From NCBI RefSeq assembly GCF_006345805.1, contig NC_043002.1:114762001-114826000 (forward strand): a DNA stretch of 64,000 nt, written 5' to 3'. Source of the stretch: Octopus sinensis. Lineage: Eukaryota. Shown here piece after piece: positions 38,431 to 51,824 of this stretch. A program made the translations under genes and the position numbers. Positions within the stretch are counted from its first letter, which is position 1. Every line of letters begins with the position of its first letter. The notes beneath the pieces were generated by a model. The model was not told the DNA's origin and made no database searches. It was given only the letters and a program-made list of their open reading frames with translations.

Positions 38431-40547
38431 TATTATATAAGTTACACGAATATGTTTTCACAGTACTTCACTGCATTCGAGTTGAAATCAAATTGCAAGT
38501 ACGACACAAATTTCGCAGAATATAACGGTTCGTGTGCGATTCAATCTGTTTTAACAATATTCTAAAATACATCATAGATTGTCAAATTGTGTCTAAGTTA
38601 TGTTGCCCTAAACAGAATTATTTGCATAAATGGGGCAAAAAGCTATAGTTTCACGCACTATGTCAGTCAGGGATTGATTGTTACTGGCCAAATCCTAAAT
38701 TTGTGTCATGTGTGTTTGTGCGATGGCACAGGGATGGAGGCGCCCACTCGGATCCGGAGAAAAGGATAAATTTATTTATAGAATCCAGCCTTTATTGACT
38801 CCAAACAATTTATTGTATTTGAACAAAAATCGTTAATATATGTACCGTTTACAAGCTAAATAAAATAACCACTCAGCATCTTGCCTGTTCTAAACATATG
38901 TATCTATAGCGCATGCGCGTTTGCGAGAGGCTAAACTGACCACAAATCGGTATGGGTATAATATGCAGAGACTCTCTTGATTTCAGATTTAGCCGTGATT
39001 AACACAGTATTTCACCGCGAGTGCTAGTTAAATATGTACCTTTTTCTTTTTCTGCTCACGTGGTATTCATTTCAACCTCCATCTGGACATTTGCATACAG
39101 CTACATATATAAACAAAATAATAAATGCGTGCGAGTGTGTGCGTGTATTTATATGTTATATGTATATATACATATGTATATGTCCGTGAGTGTGATTATA
39201 TATGCAGACGGACACATTCAGTCACATACAACACGTATTCACATGCATTCAACCACAAATGTATGTATGTGTGTGACAGGGAGGACACAAGAAGATAGAC
39301 AGATGCCAGGATACATACATACATACATACATACATACATACATACATACATACATACATACATACATACATACATACATACATACATACACATATTTGC
39401 GTGTACATGAATGTATACATATATTCAAAGAAGAAACAATGGAATCTGAAAATTTTCAAGTACTGTCAAAAAACATTGTTTATTAAATTTAACTTCAAAC
39501 GAAAGCGGTTGCCTGTGAAACTGTGTGGTTTTGAACCTGCCTGTTTGTGTCTTTGTATGTATGACATGCCTGAATGTGTTTGTGTGTATGTATGCGCGAG
39601 ATTATTGGCATGTGTTTTTGCAGCTACAGCTAAAACATTCCTATTACTATTCAGAGTTAGATATTTCCCCTTCATCACTTGACATTGAACAGACATCTAT
39701 ATTTATTGCGTTATTTCCATTCCCATTCACAAAACTAGTCATATATCCTGGCGCCATTACATTGTTTGACACGTCACCTTTGACACTGTAAAATATCTCG
39801 TGGACTTCCGGCAACATTAATACAATCGATGTGGCTACACGCAACAATCGATATGGTTAAGTTTCTGTTTCATCCTCTCCTGCTTAATAATCTACCAATA
39901 AATATATACTTGACTGACTGATTGATTATTCGTTTGACTGATCGAGGTTATAATTGTTACAAATTTATAATTGCTCATAGAAATCAGTTAATGAGCTTCT
40001 TTAAGAGTTTATAGTCTGCTGGTTGGGTTTCACAAAAGGCTACTCCTCTTAGTAAACTTATTCCTAAAAACTAGTGATTAATACTTTCATATAATAGCAT
40101 ATACTTTCATCTTATGAACATTTTAAGAATATGCCATAACATTTATACGTTAACTGACATTAGCACGATCTATGACATTATCCTAAATTTGATATGACAA
40201 TTTCATATACCTGAATAATTATCGTAACGGTAATCAATATGATTTCATTTCATGAAGAACAGAGCAATACTAAATAGTATACTAAATAAACTCAATAAAT
40301 GCAAAGACAATACAGACCTATCTTTCAGATGACTACATCGTCTTTCCATTGACACTGTTAACATTTGTGAAGCGAAGTCGCCAGAACGTTGTCTAGATCG
40401 AAACTAATTGTACACTTTTACTCTACTACGCGCACCAGCCATTGAAACAAAAATAAATAATTTCGCATTGTAACAAAATATAAAGAAACAAAGGCTTACA
40501 GATAGAGGTCTTTTGTTCAAAAACCATTTTGTTTGAATGTTAATCTA

Positions 40548-41224
40548 TGAGGGGAAGTCAAAAATTATCCGCACTTTCACCATAATATATCTTTATTATT
40601 GTCACACTTATAGTTGGTACTATTGTATCCACGTGATCGAAGTTAGAGCTAGATCGCACCATTTTCCTTTCTGGCTTTACAGTGTAAGGATGGCCCCTCC
40701 ACTAACAATGTGCACCAAAGAAGAACAAAGATCAGCGATCCCATTTCTCTGGAAAAGGGTTGTACGATCAACAGTGCAAGATACAGTGCTTTGCTGGCCA
40801 AGATACTGAAGCCAGCAATTCGTACCGAACCCCGAAGCCTATTGTCGAAAAAAAACTTTGTTGTTGCCTGAAAATTCACGCCCACACACGGCCGCCCAGA
40901 CAGTTGAAAGCATTAACCAATTGAGTTTTGAGGTCCTGGAACACCCTACCTACAGCCCAGATCTCGCCCTTTCCGACTAACATTACTTAGGAAATCGAGG
41001 TCGTCGATTTCCTAAGGATGAAGATGTGAAGGAAGTGGTGCGTAGATGGTTGCACGACCAACCGAAAACCTTCTTGGAGGAAATACGCAAGCTTGTGGGC
41101 CACTGGACTAAGTGCATCGAAAAGGAAGGAAATTATATAGAAAAATGACCTACTTGTTTATCTCCAGCGTTTGTGTAAATATATTGTAAAAACAAGAGTG
41201 CGTATAACTTTTGACTCTCCCTCG
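40548..41224 (+). mobile_element. Internally deleted mariner element
   Basis: TA-flanked TIRs TGAGGGGAAGTCAAAAATTATCCGCAC and GTGCGTATAACTTTTGACTCTCCCTCG. The N-terminus MAPPLTMCTKEEQRSAIPFLW is fused to the C-terminus ...RPHTAAQTV...HPTYSPDLALSD...WTKCIEKEGNYIEK*. Confidence 0.92.
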
Positions 41225-41635
41225 TATTTTAATGAATAGAAGCCTATAATTAAACGATTAAAGATCTTAAAATGTTATTCATGGTCCACGTTTTCTAAAA
41301 TGACGCTTTTCAAATTGAAATGTTATAGATCATCTTCATATATTTTCGTAAATCTCTAAAGTGCGATTAATTTAAAACATTTCTCTTACAGTAATTATGA
41401 CAAATCAGTGCTTATATTTTCTTGAAACTTTTGTTGAGAAGAATCAGAAAACATAATGTAAAATACATTAGCTTACATGTAGCATTGTGAACATATGTGT
41501 GTTTAGTTATTCACCATATTCAAGAAAGAATGTCAATAAGCAAAAGAAAAATGAGTCTGTCAAGCAGTTTTGCGGGATTATGTAGAGTCGACTTTTCGCC
41601 CACATTTAAATCCCAATAAAGTCGTTTTTGCTTTC

Positions 41636-41688
41636 CAACAAAAGCCTTGAGTAGATTTGTAGACGGAAACTGAAAGGAGCTCGTCGTG

Positions 41689-41733
<45 letters not shown>

Positions 41734-42025
41734 TATATATGTATATATATATATATGTATTATGTGTGATATATATATATATATATATATTTATTTATGT
41801 GTGTTTGCCTTTGTGTATGTGTTTGTTCCCCAACCATCGCTTGGCAACCGAGGTTGGCGTGTTTACTTTCCCATAACTTAGCAGTCAGTAAAAACCACCG
41901 ATAGAGCAAGTATCAGGCTTGCAAAAAATAAGTCTTGGGGTCGATTTCTTTGACTAAAACCCCTTTAAGGTGGTGCTCCAGCATGACCGCATTGACATGA
42001 CTGAAACAAGTAAAAGAATAAAAGA
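41636..42025 (+). mobile_element. SINE family A, 5'-truncated and diverged, with expanded internal (TA)n
   Basis: AAAGCCTTGAGTAGATTTGTAGACGGAAACTGAAAG...GGTGCTCCAGCATG...GACTGAAACAAGTAAAAGA. Confidence 0.8.
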
Positions 42026-42135
42026 AGAAAATATTAAAACAAGCACCTGTAAGGCAACATATTTTATAACACTCTGGTTTTTCTAAACTGGTTTCGTTTT
42101 TAGAACTAAAAAAACAAGGAAGCAAACGAGAAAGG

Positions 42136-42205
<70 letters not shown>

Positions 42206-42320
42206 GATAGATAGATAGATAGATTAGATAGATAGATAGATAGAAGATAGATAGATAGAAGAGATAGAGAGATAGTAGAGAGATACACATATATACATAT
42301 ATATACATACATACATACAA

Positions 42321-42378
<58 letters not shown>

Positions 42379-43901
42379 GTATGTATTAGTATAACGCTCA
42401 GGAATTGAAAAAGTCTTTTACGTTTCCATATGTGTGTGTGTACATAAGCTTGTGTGTGTTAGATAAACAGTAACAAAGATATAAATTGATATGTACATTA
42501 AGTTTTATTTGGTTTTTTTTTAATTGAAGGAATAAGCGATGGTAATGTGCAGCAGTTGCAACTTTTAGTTTGTAGCATATTTTGCAGGGCGAGCAATTTT
42601 GAATTACTTTCTCTTTGCTGTGGGAAATCTCATTGTGGGTGTAAGAAAATAGAGAAATTTTAATGAAAATGTGGGTTAACATTAATAATGTTGTACACAC
42701 TTTCGTACGCACGAATACAGACAGTCAGCATATACATACATGCATGCACCTAGACATACACAGACACATGCGCGCGCACACAAAAACTGATACATGAAAT
42801 ATTAAATAAACAGAATTCTGTTTCTGGGTAGATACAATGAAGAATGAAATGCTGGTGTCGATCTCCGGGGGCCATAATAAAACATCAGCATCTGTAAAAC
42901 AACAGCAGACGCAGACTGATTTAGAGAAGCGAGAGGAATAGAGAACGGAAAAAGGATAAATAAAGCAAATTAAAGTCAACGTGGAACGGGAAAATATTTT
43001 AATGGCGTTTGTGGTTATCTAATTTGGTAGAAGCCGCTTGGTGTGAGGGGATTGCAGAGGCACTGTTTTCCCTTGAATAGAAAAAAAATTGCAGTAAGAT
43101 GGAGAGGTAAGAAATGGAAGGAAGTAAATGATTATATTCTTTGCTTCGTTCGGAAGGGGGTAGAAAAAAATACAAAAGAGTAAGAGATGTACGGTTGGTG
43201 ATTATTGTGTCTGCGTCATTAACAGAGAGCAAGAAGAGAGTATTGGAAGAGTTCGTCACTGCTTCGTTATAAAGAAATGACAAATTCCCTAATGTCTGGG
43301 AAATAATATGGAAAACAACAGTTGTAAATTTCGTGTAAATATTCGGAGGTAAAATAACAGATGGGATTGGAATTTGAAGATAAATTATTAAATAAACAAG
43401 AGAATGAAAGAATTAAAGAATGAAAGAACGAACGAATAAGCAGCGTTTACAATAGACATATGAGGGGATCGAATAGAATGATTGCCGAATTCGGTCAGTG
43501 ACGCTTTTGAAAGCTGCTAATAAAAACAGACTTTTGAAGGCAGCCATCTAGAGGGAGTTGGGGTAGAAGGGACAATACGGCAGAGAAAATAAACGAATTG
43601 CAGGCATTGCGAAAAGATTAAACAGAGTGAAAAAGAGGTACGAAAATAAAAGTATGAGGGAAGTCTAAGACCGGAAGAAAGGTAAAGGGGTTGAGGATAA
43701 AAGATAAAAACCGACGCAGTTGACCGGGAGAACACGCACGTACACACAAAAGCATACATAGTTTGTACATAAACATACATACATGCATACATACATACAT
43801 ACATACACACACACTCAAACATGCGCGTGTGTGTGTGCACGCGGAGACACAAAGAAGCATGGAATTAAAGATAGCTTAGTAGATAGGTATAGGTAGGATT
43901 A

Positions 43902-44128
43902 AGGCGACGAGCTGGCAGAACCGTTAGCACGCCGGGCCAAATGCGTAGCCGTATTTCGTCTGCTGCTACGTTCTGAGTTCAAATTCCGCCGAGGTCGACT
44001 TTGCCTTTCATCCTTTCGTGTTCGATAAATTAAGTACCAGTTACGCACTGGGGTCGATGTAATCGACTTAATCCGTTTGTCTGTCCCCTCTGTGTTTAGC
44101 CCCTTGTGGGTAGTAAAGAAGTAAGTAT
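43902..44128 (+). mobile_element. SINE family B, full length
   Basis: Head GGCGACGAGCTGGCAGAACCGTTAGCAC plus core and tail as at 23219. Confidence 0.9.
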
Positions 44129-44699
44129 AAGTAGGATGTTAAATACATAGAGACTACATGTAGTGGGATTTCTATAATAAAGTCTTTGTATTTTCAGAGC
44201 GAAGATATGTCATTTATATGTACTGTAAATCGAAACTGGATGTACAGGCCATGACAGATCGGTTTAAAACAAATGTTCAGTCTGATCGGCATAAAAAAGA
44301 AGACGGCTTTAGCAGATAAAATATGCATTTGATTATTAGCAATATTCTGCAAGTAGGAACTAATAAAAATATATGTTCCATTAAGTTAGAGCGTTATAAG
44401 CAAATCATTATTGATTATTTACTGTCTAGTTTTACAATATGTTAATAATTAAGGTCATCATGAAATCGCAAGACTTCGGATTATTTTTATAATCAGTGAT
44501 TTTATGAATTGCTCTTTACCAATAACAATTGGTATAAAAGAAATTTTATAATCAGGTTAGAGGATCTGCAGGTTTTGAAGCATTTCGCTGACTGCAAATG
44601 ATGTTTTCCTTTTCAATTCCTAAATAGCTACGAAATGTATTCAAAAAAATATCCGACTTCATTTTTTTCCCACCAAAACTAATGCACATGCGTGAACAT

Positions 44700-44840
44700 T
44701 TTCGTAATCTGCTCTAAGCACAAAGTTCGAAACTTTTGGGAAGGGGGCCTGTCGATTAGATCGACTCCTGTACGCAACTGGTACTTCATTTGTCGACCCC
44801 GAAATGATGAAAGACAAAGTCGACTTCGGCGGAATTTGAA
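44700..44840 (-). mobile_element. SINE family B fragment
   Basis: CTGGTACTTCATTTGTCGACCCCGAAATGATGAAAGACAAAGTCGACTTCGGCGGAATTTGAA is the reverse complement of the core. Confidence 0.75.
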
Positions 44841-45147
44841 AGTGCTCGTAAATATTAAAACTACCACAATGTTTTTTACGATTAAATCTTAATATTTCAT
44901 CAAATTAGTTTTATTATTTCATTTCTTGATATATTATGAAATTTAGTGAAAATAAATTACACTGAGTGTAACAACAAATTGGTATATGCTTAGTGACATA
45001 TTGTGCGTCCTTACTGTTCTGAGTTCAAATTCCGCTGAGGTTGACATTGCCTTTCCTCTTTTCGGGGTTGATGGAATAAGTATCACTCGAGCACTGGGAT
45101 CAATGTAATCGACTATTTCCCCCACCCCAGCTCCAAGAATTTCAAGC

Positions 45148-45227
<80 letters not shown>

Positions 45228-45278
45228 TTATCTTTCTATCTATCTATCTATATATATATAAATATATCTATATATATA

Positions 45279-45324
<46 letters not shown>

Positions 45325-45336
45325 ATATATATATAT

Positions 45337-45375
<39 letters not shown>

Positions 45376-45884
45376 CAGCACACACACGCACAAGCATACG
45401 CAGATGCACACATATATGTACACACAAACACATACATAAATACTGCAGCAGTTTTCCCTTAAATGTTTCTTCAAATTTATGAATATATTCATATACATTA
45501 ACCTTAAAAGAAGTTACATAATTTTCTGGTTGAAAACACAAAACAAACCAATCAGAATATCAAAAATAGTTTGACTGTATATGCCAACGAAAAATATGCA
45601 AGGTAATATATGTTTATATTGAACCTAGAACACAGAATTTTTTTTGAAGATTCAATGTATTCTATGAATATACTTTATCTGAAATGCAATGTCTCATAAC
45701 TAAACCTTTGGTAATTTTAGTTCTGTAGCTTGAAATCTATAAACGTTAGCAAGCACTGAAGTGAAGAAATTATACACCGCTACGCAAAAATAGGAATCTG
45801 CGTGGTTGCAGAATAAGTATGCTTAAATGAAAACCATACATAAGGATAATACTAATAATAATAGTAACAACAACAACAACAACA

Positions 45885-46110
45885 AGTCACACTAATGGCT
45901 TCAAAAGTTTGGCACAAGGTCAGCAACTTCAGGTGGAGGAAATAAATCAATTACACCTATCCCTGTGTTCTACTGGGTCTTCTTTTATCGACCTGTAAAG
46001 GATGAAAGGCAAAGTCTATCTCGACGGAGTTTGGACTCGGAGAGAGAAAACGGACAAAATGCCGCTAACAATTTTCACCTGCGTACTAACAATTCTGCGA
46101 GTACGCCGCC
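45885..46110 (-). mobile_element. SINE family B-related, diverged
   Basis: GGATGAAAGGCAAAGTC core and CTAACAATTCTGCGAGTACGCCGCCTT head, both in reverse orientation. Confidence 0.65.
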
Positions 46111-46137
46111 TTCATAGTAATAATAATAATAATAATG

Positions 46138-46172
<35 letters not shown>

Positions 46173-46200
46173 TGTAGTAGTAGTAGTAGTAATAAAAATA

Positions 46201-46241
<41 letters not shown>

Positions 46242-46269
46242 TGTAGTAGTAGTAGTAGTAATAAAAATA

Positions 46270-46300
<31 letters not shown>

Positions 46301-46389
46301 TTGTAGTAGTAGTAGTAATAAAAATAATAGTAATAATAATAATAATGATAATAATAATAATAATTGTAGTAGTAGTAGTAATAGAAATA

Positions 46390-46431
<42 letters not shown>

Positions 46432-46510
46432 TATTCTTCTTCTTCTTCTTCTTCTTCTTATTATATTATTATTATTATATATTATTGTTATTATTATTAT
46501 TATTATTATC
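46110..46510. repeat. Compound (AAT)n/(AGT)n/(TTC)n/(ATT)n array with 4 higher-order units
   Basis: (AAT)n-TGT-(AGT)n-AAT-A(A/G)A-AAT block repeated four times; explains the poly-N, poly-I and poly-Y ORFs. Confidence 0.95.
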
Positions 46511-46819
46511 ATTTATTTTATTGAAGGCTATGAGTCACTTTTGAACACATTTTCCAAATCTAAGCTATGCGAAGGATTTTAGTTTGTTTTTGTGCCAGTT
46601 CTGGTTTGTATTTTGGTGATGAACTAATTTTACGTGTGGTTTCCATAGTTACGAATTGAATCTGATCGAACTTCTTTTAGAAGAATTGTTTGGAACTATT
46701 TATAAAAAAAAAAGTAAAATGCTCTGATGAAATAGTTATTATTTATAGTAGGACAAACTCAAATTGTTTAAATGCATTATTAAAAATGTATCGACAGGAC
46801 AATTCGAAGTGGGGAAAAA

Positions 46820-46912
46820 TCTTCTTCTTCTTCTTCTTCTTCTTCTTCTTCTTCTTCTTCTTCTCATTATTTTTACTATTATTATTAATGTTATTATTAT
46901 TATTATTATTAT

Positions 46913-46952
<40 letters not shown>

Positions 46953-46953
46953 C

Positions 46954-47000
<47 letters not shown>

Positions 47001-47016
47001 CGTAGTAGTAGTAGTA
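46820..47016. repeat. Compound (CTT)n(ATT)n(AGT)n array
   Basis: Direct reading. Confidence 0.95.
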
Positions 47017-47300
47017 AGGTGGTGAGCTGGCATAATGGTTAGCGCATCAGATAAAATGCTCAACGGCATTTCTTCCTCTTTAAGGATGCTAAACATTATG
47101 TCCAGCGCGCTAACAATTTTGCTCTATGTCTAAATAGTAATATATATTTATTATACTTATCTATATATTAGTTTTAAATTTTGGCACAAGGCCAGCAATA
47201 TCGCGGCTGTGTATAAGTCGATTACATCGATCTTAGTATTCAACTAACACCTACTACTTTATCAAGCCTGAAAGGAGAAAAGGCAACGTTGAAATGTCTA

Positions 47301-47698
47301 TACTCTTTACTCTTTTACTTGTTTCAGTCATTTGACTGCGGCCATGCTGGAGCACCGCCTTTAATCGAGCAACTTATTCTTTTGTAAGCCCAGTACTTAT
47401 TCTATCGGTCTCTTTTGCCGAACCGCTAAGTAACGGGGACGTAAACACACCAGCATCGGTTGTCAAGCAATGTTGGGGGGACAAACACAGACACACAAAC
47501 ATACACTCATACACATATATATATATACATATATACGACGGGCTTCTTTCAGTTTCCGTCTACCAAATCCACTCACAAGGCATTGGTCGGCCCGGGGCTA
47601 TAGCAGAAGACACTTGCCCAAGGTGCCACGCAGTGGGACTGAACCCGGAACCATGTGGTTGGTTAGCAAGCTACTTACCACACAGCCACTCCTGCGCC
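47301..47698 (-). mobile_element. SINE family A, full length
   Basis: Reverse complement of the 33543-type copy. Confidence 0.9.
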
Positions 47699-47815
47699 TA
47701 TCTATATATTGCTAAATAATTTTTTTTTTCATATTCGCAGTATGTGAGCTCTCTAGTTATCAAACTAATTACCCCAAGATCACTACACATACAAACATAC
47801 ATATACACAATGGCA

Positions 47816-48026
47816 GATGGGTAGGTAGGTAGGTAGGTAGGTAGGTAGGTAGGTAGGTAGGTAGGTAGGTAGGTCGGTCGGTAGGTAGGTAGGTAGGTAG
47901 ATAGGTAGGTAGGTAGGTAGGTAGGTAGGTAGCTAGCTAGATAGATAGATAGCTAGATAGATAGATAGATAGCTAGATAGATAGATAAATAGATAAGTAT
48001 GTAGATAGGTAGGTAGATAGGTAGGT

Positions 48027-48085
<59 letters not shown>

Positions 48086-48095
48086 GTAGATAGAT
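47816..48095. repeat. (GGTA)n/(GATA)n array at the 3' end of the LINE
   Basis: Direct reading. Confidence 0.95.
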
Positions 48096-50923
48096 ATGTT
48101 TCTTTATTAGCCACACAGGGCTGCACACAGATAGAACAAATTACAAGGTAGAGCTTTTCTTTTGAAGTATTAAAAAAAAAAAAAAAAAAAAAAAAGGAAG
48201 GGGAGGTTCGATCAAAAGGGATCGTAAAAGGAGAGAAGAGGGCAAATAAGGGGGGTTAAAAAAAAAAAAAAGGGGGGGGAGAGGAAAAAAATGATCAATA
48301 GGGATCGTTATCACAGAAATGTCAATATGAAGTGTAAAGGGGAGGACAGGTGAGGTTTACCCGTGGAAAGAAAAGCCTGCGGAAAAGACCACGGTAACCT
48401 CGGTCAATGAAGTCACATTTTATATTTCTTTTTTTTTTTTTTTTTTTTTTTTTGGCAAATAAGCAACTCTCTGTTTTCGATTTCTGGGTTCATAGGACTA
48501 TGCTCAAGGTGGCTTCGTCATTCATACGTGCCATTCTTGCTACATTCACCCATCTTTTTTTAAAACATTCGCTAGACAAACTTGCCTCTCTACTCTCACT
48601 TTCCTTTCCTTTTCAAGTGGTACTTGAAGAAGTTGATGAGAGATTGACCAGAGAGGAAAGTGTTTGTCTCCAATCCTTTCAGACGCGTCACCACAGATAC
48701 ATTCTTTCGCCATAGCCACAAGGATGATGAAATAGCTCTTCCTTCCCGTTTGAAGGAAGGAGGCGTGACAATATTGACGATAGACTCAGCTGATAAACCG
48801 ACTCGTCCCACACGTGACAGCAGTTTGTTCGACATAAGCCCACAGGTCGGAAATTGTGGACACTGACGAGTGCGTGCAGAACGGTTTCGTCGCTCTGACC
48901 GCATCTCGGCAGGTCGGCCCCGTGTTTCTCGAGCCGTGTCTGTAGAGCTTATCCCGAACGGGTAGCGCTTCTCGGTAGCACTGCCAGGCCAGGGATCTCT
49001 GGAAGTTGTCCATGGGCCCTGGCCCGAAAGTCGTCCCGAACAGGCGGGTCAGGTACTCCTCGTCGACGTCAGGTTCGCCCCGAGCTCGTCGTCGTACCTC
49101 CCCTCCACTAAGCCCCTATAGAATGCTTTGGTTGTGTTGAAGTCACTTAAGGTCGACCCAGGACGGCAGAGTTGCTTGAGAGCAACGCGACACTCGCGGT
49201 GCCATTCGCCCTTCCTCGGCCTCTTTTTGATCCACGACTGCAGTTCGGTCATGGAGACGAGCTGCGGGAAAGCGTGCCTCACAAACGGCGACCACACCTG
49301 TTCACCGTCGTCTACATAAGCCAGAGATGTCGCAGTCTCAGCGCGTGTCTGCGCATCATCAACCACGGCATGCCCAGCCCTCCTTTTAACGGGTGTTGAC
49401 AGCAAATGGATCGCTGACCATCGGGACGCATCCTTTCCACAAGAAGCGAAAGAGGATGCGTTGTAGTTTGGTGATGGTAGGGTCGGGACAAGGTACGACG
49501 GTCGGCGGTAGTAGATGACGGACGCGATGTACGTGTTCGCCACCTCCGCTCGACCTTTAGGGACAGTTTCCTCTCGGCCCATTGCCGGGCGAGAGTGACC
49601 ACCCTACTCGTTATCTCGTTCCAGTTCTTCTCCACTTGGAGGTCCGGACCAAACCAGACCCCGAGCAACTCAACCGGGCCGTCGGTCCAGCGTCCACGAC
49701 GGAGGCGCTGGTGGACGGCATGGGCTTGCTTCTCCAGGTGCCTAGTCGCAAGCCCACTGACTTTTCCCGGTTGATTTTCGCTCCTGTCACCGCTTCGTAG
49801 TTTTTCAGTGTCTCGCCGACCAGCTCGATGTGCTCGTGGCTAGACACTATGACGGTGACGTCGTCCGCGTATGCAGACACGCTCGTCCCGCATCCCAATT
49901 CTCGCGGGATGCCCCTTAGAGTCGCCAGCTTCCGCAGTAGTGGCTCAAGAGTCAATACGTATAGAAGCCCGAGAGGGGGCATCCCTGACGGACCGAACGT
50001 GCAATGTCGAAAGGTCTCGATAGAATGTCCATTTACGCGAATTACCGAACGGATGCCTCTGTACAAGGCAGCTATCCAGCCGCGGAAGACGGGACCGAAA
50101 CCAGCCGCTCTCAGGACTGCCTCCAAGTATCGATGGTCTACCCTATCAAAGGCTTTTGATTGATCCAAGTTGATCAGGCCCCACCCATGCCAGGTTCGTT
50201 AACTACCCTGTCTATGATGTAGCGCATCAGATGGAGGTTGTCATGGATGGTCCGGCCTGGCACGGCGCATGTTTGCGCCTTGTCGACCAGTTTCTCGATG
50301 ACAAGCGCCAACCTCTTGGCTAGCACCTTGGCCAAATTTTCAAGTCTGCATTAAGCAGAGTGATGGGCCTAAAGTTATCTATTACATTTCCCTTGTTTAG
50401 ATCTTTCTTCAGCAGTGTTACGGCTCCTCGGCTCACAAAACCAGGAATGCTCCCGTTTTGCTGCCAGTTGCAGTACACCGCCGCCAAGAGATCTCCAAAC
50501 AAGTCTAGCATACAATTGTAAAGCTCGTAGGGTAGACCATCCAAACCCGGTGATTTGTCCCTCGAGCATTCTGCCATCGCTTCCCGCACTTCCGCCGCCG
50601 TGATGGCACCTTCGCAGCACCCTGCCTTTCTTGTCGAGAGTCGTGGTAGGGATATGTAGGTAGGCACTGAAGTCCACCCTACGTTCTTGCCCTCCACTCG
50701 TTCCGAACAGTCGGGCAAAATGCTGCTGAAAGGCCTCACACATTTTACTTGGCTCGAGCAATTCGCGCCCCTGTTCATCTACCAGTGACCGAATGGTGGC
50801 TTTGTTGCCCTGTTGCGCCTCTGCCACCCGGGCCTCTCTCGCGGCTCCAACACCTTCGTTCCTTAGAGCACGCATCCTAGCTCTGACAGCACATCCTTCG
50901 TGTTTGGCGTTGAAGTGTTGGTC
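48096..50923 (-). mobile_element. 5'-truncated Tx1/L1-clade non-LTR retrotransposon
   Basis: Frameshifted ORF2 remnant plus a ~390-bp 3' UTR ending AATAAAGAAACATA(TCTA)n on the minus strand. No endonuclease or ORF1 is present. Confidence 0.9.
48490..50923 (-). pseudogene. ORF2 reverse transcriptase and C-terminal zinc knuckle, frameshifted
   Basis: Motifs KSPGLDGLPYELY, FRPITLLNADLKI, DQSKAFDRVDH, SAYADDVTV, GAKINREKS and LGVWFG, plus a C-terminal C..H...C region (ORFs 50375, 50320, 49611, 49312, 49049, 48786, 48596). The stop codon TGA is at 48490-48492. Confidence 0.92.
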
Positions 50924-50929
50924 GATAGG

Positions 50930-50968
<39 letters not shown>

Positions 50969-50997
50969 ATAGATAAGTATGTAGGTAGGTAGGTAGG

Positions 50998-51068
<71 letters not shown>

Positions 51069-51125
51069 GTAGATAGGTAGGTAGGTAGGTAGATAGGTAG
51101 ATAATAGATAGAGATATAGATAGAT
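50924..51125. repeat. (GATA)n/(GGTA)n array between two LINE copies
   Basis: Direct reading. Confidence 0.95.
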
Positions 51126-51497
51126 ATGTTTCTTTATTAGCCACACAGGGCTGCATACAGACGGGACAATTTACAAGGTAGAGCTTTTCTTTTTGGGGAT
51201 AAAAAAGGGGGTTTGGTTTTCGATCAAAAGGGATCGTAAAAGGAAAGGAAGAGGAAAGCAAAAAAAAAGGGGGGGGAATAAAAAGAAAAAGAAAAAGAAA
51301 AAGTCGATCAATAGGGATCGTTATCACAGAAATGTCAATTTAAAGTGTAAAGGGGAAGACGGGTGAGGTTTACCCGTGGAAAGAAACGCCTACAGAAAAG
51401 AAACGGTAACCTCGGTCAATGAAGTCACATGTTATATTTTTTTTTACAAATAAGCAACTCTCTGTATTAATTTTTACGGTTCATAGTCAAGATGGCG
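51126..51497 (-). mobile_element. Second, diverged copy of the same LINE: 3' UTR plus last codons only
   Basis: ATGTTTCTTTATTAGCCACACAGGGCTGCA...GTAACCTCGGTCAATGAAGTCACAT...GGTTCATAG aligns with 48096-48510 with many substitutions. Followed by (GATA)n at ~51503-51562. Confidence 0.9.
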
Positions 51498-51501
51498 AGA
51501 T

Positions 51502-51562
<61 letters not shown>

Positions 51563-51785
51563 GACGGTTACCAATTGCACGTCTGCTAAGGTTGGTAAAG
51601 ATGCGTAGGTTGCGTCACAGAGGTAGCTTTCCGTTTCTCTTTGAGCTTTCTTGTGGTGGATTAAATGGGTTTCTAAACCAATTTATTATAAACTATCATT
51701 TACAGTTGTATTGCATTCAAGCTACACCGTTGAATGTCTTGTTCCCACATTTATCGATGGTTCTTCATTTATATTTTAACACACA

Positions 51786-51824
<39 letters not shown>

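Noticed and set aside
40365-40415. GTG ... GATC GAAAC TAATT GTA CAC (3' half of a hammerhead)
   Set aside because: The CUGANGA half is replaced by AAGCGA; at best a dead relic.
42725-42979. Strong minus-strand polypyrimidine/acceptor (ttttacag) followed by an open frame
   Set aside because: No good donor, partner exons or recognisable protein.
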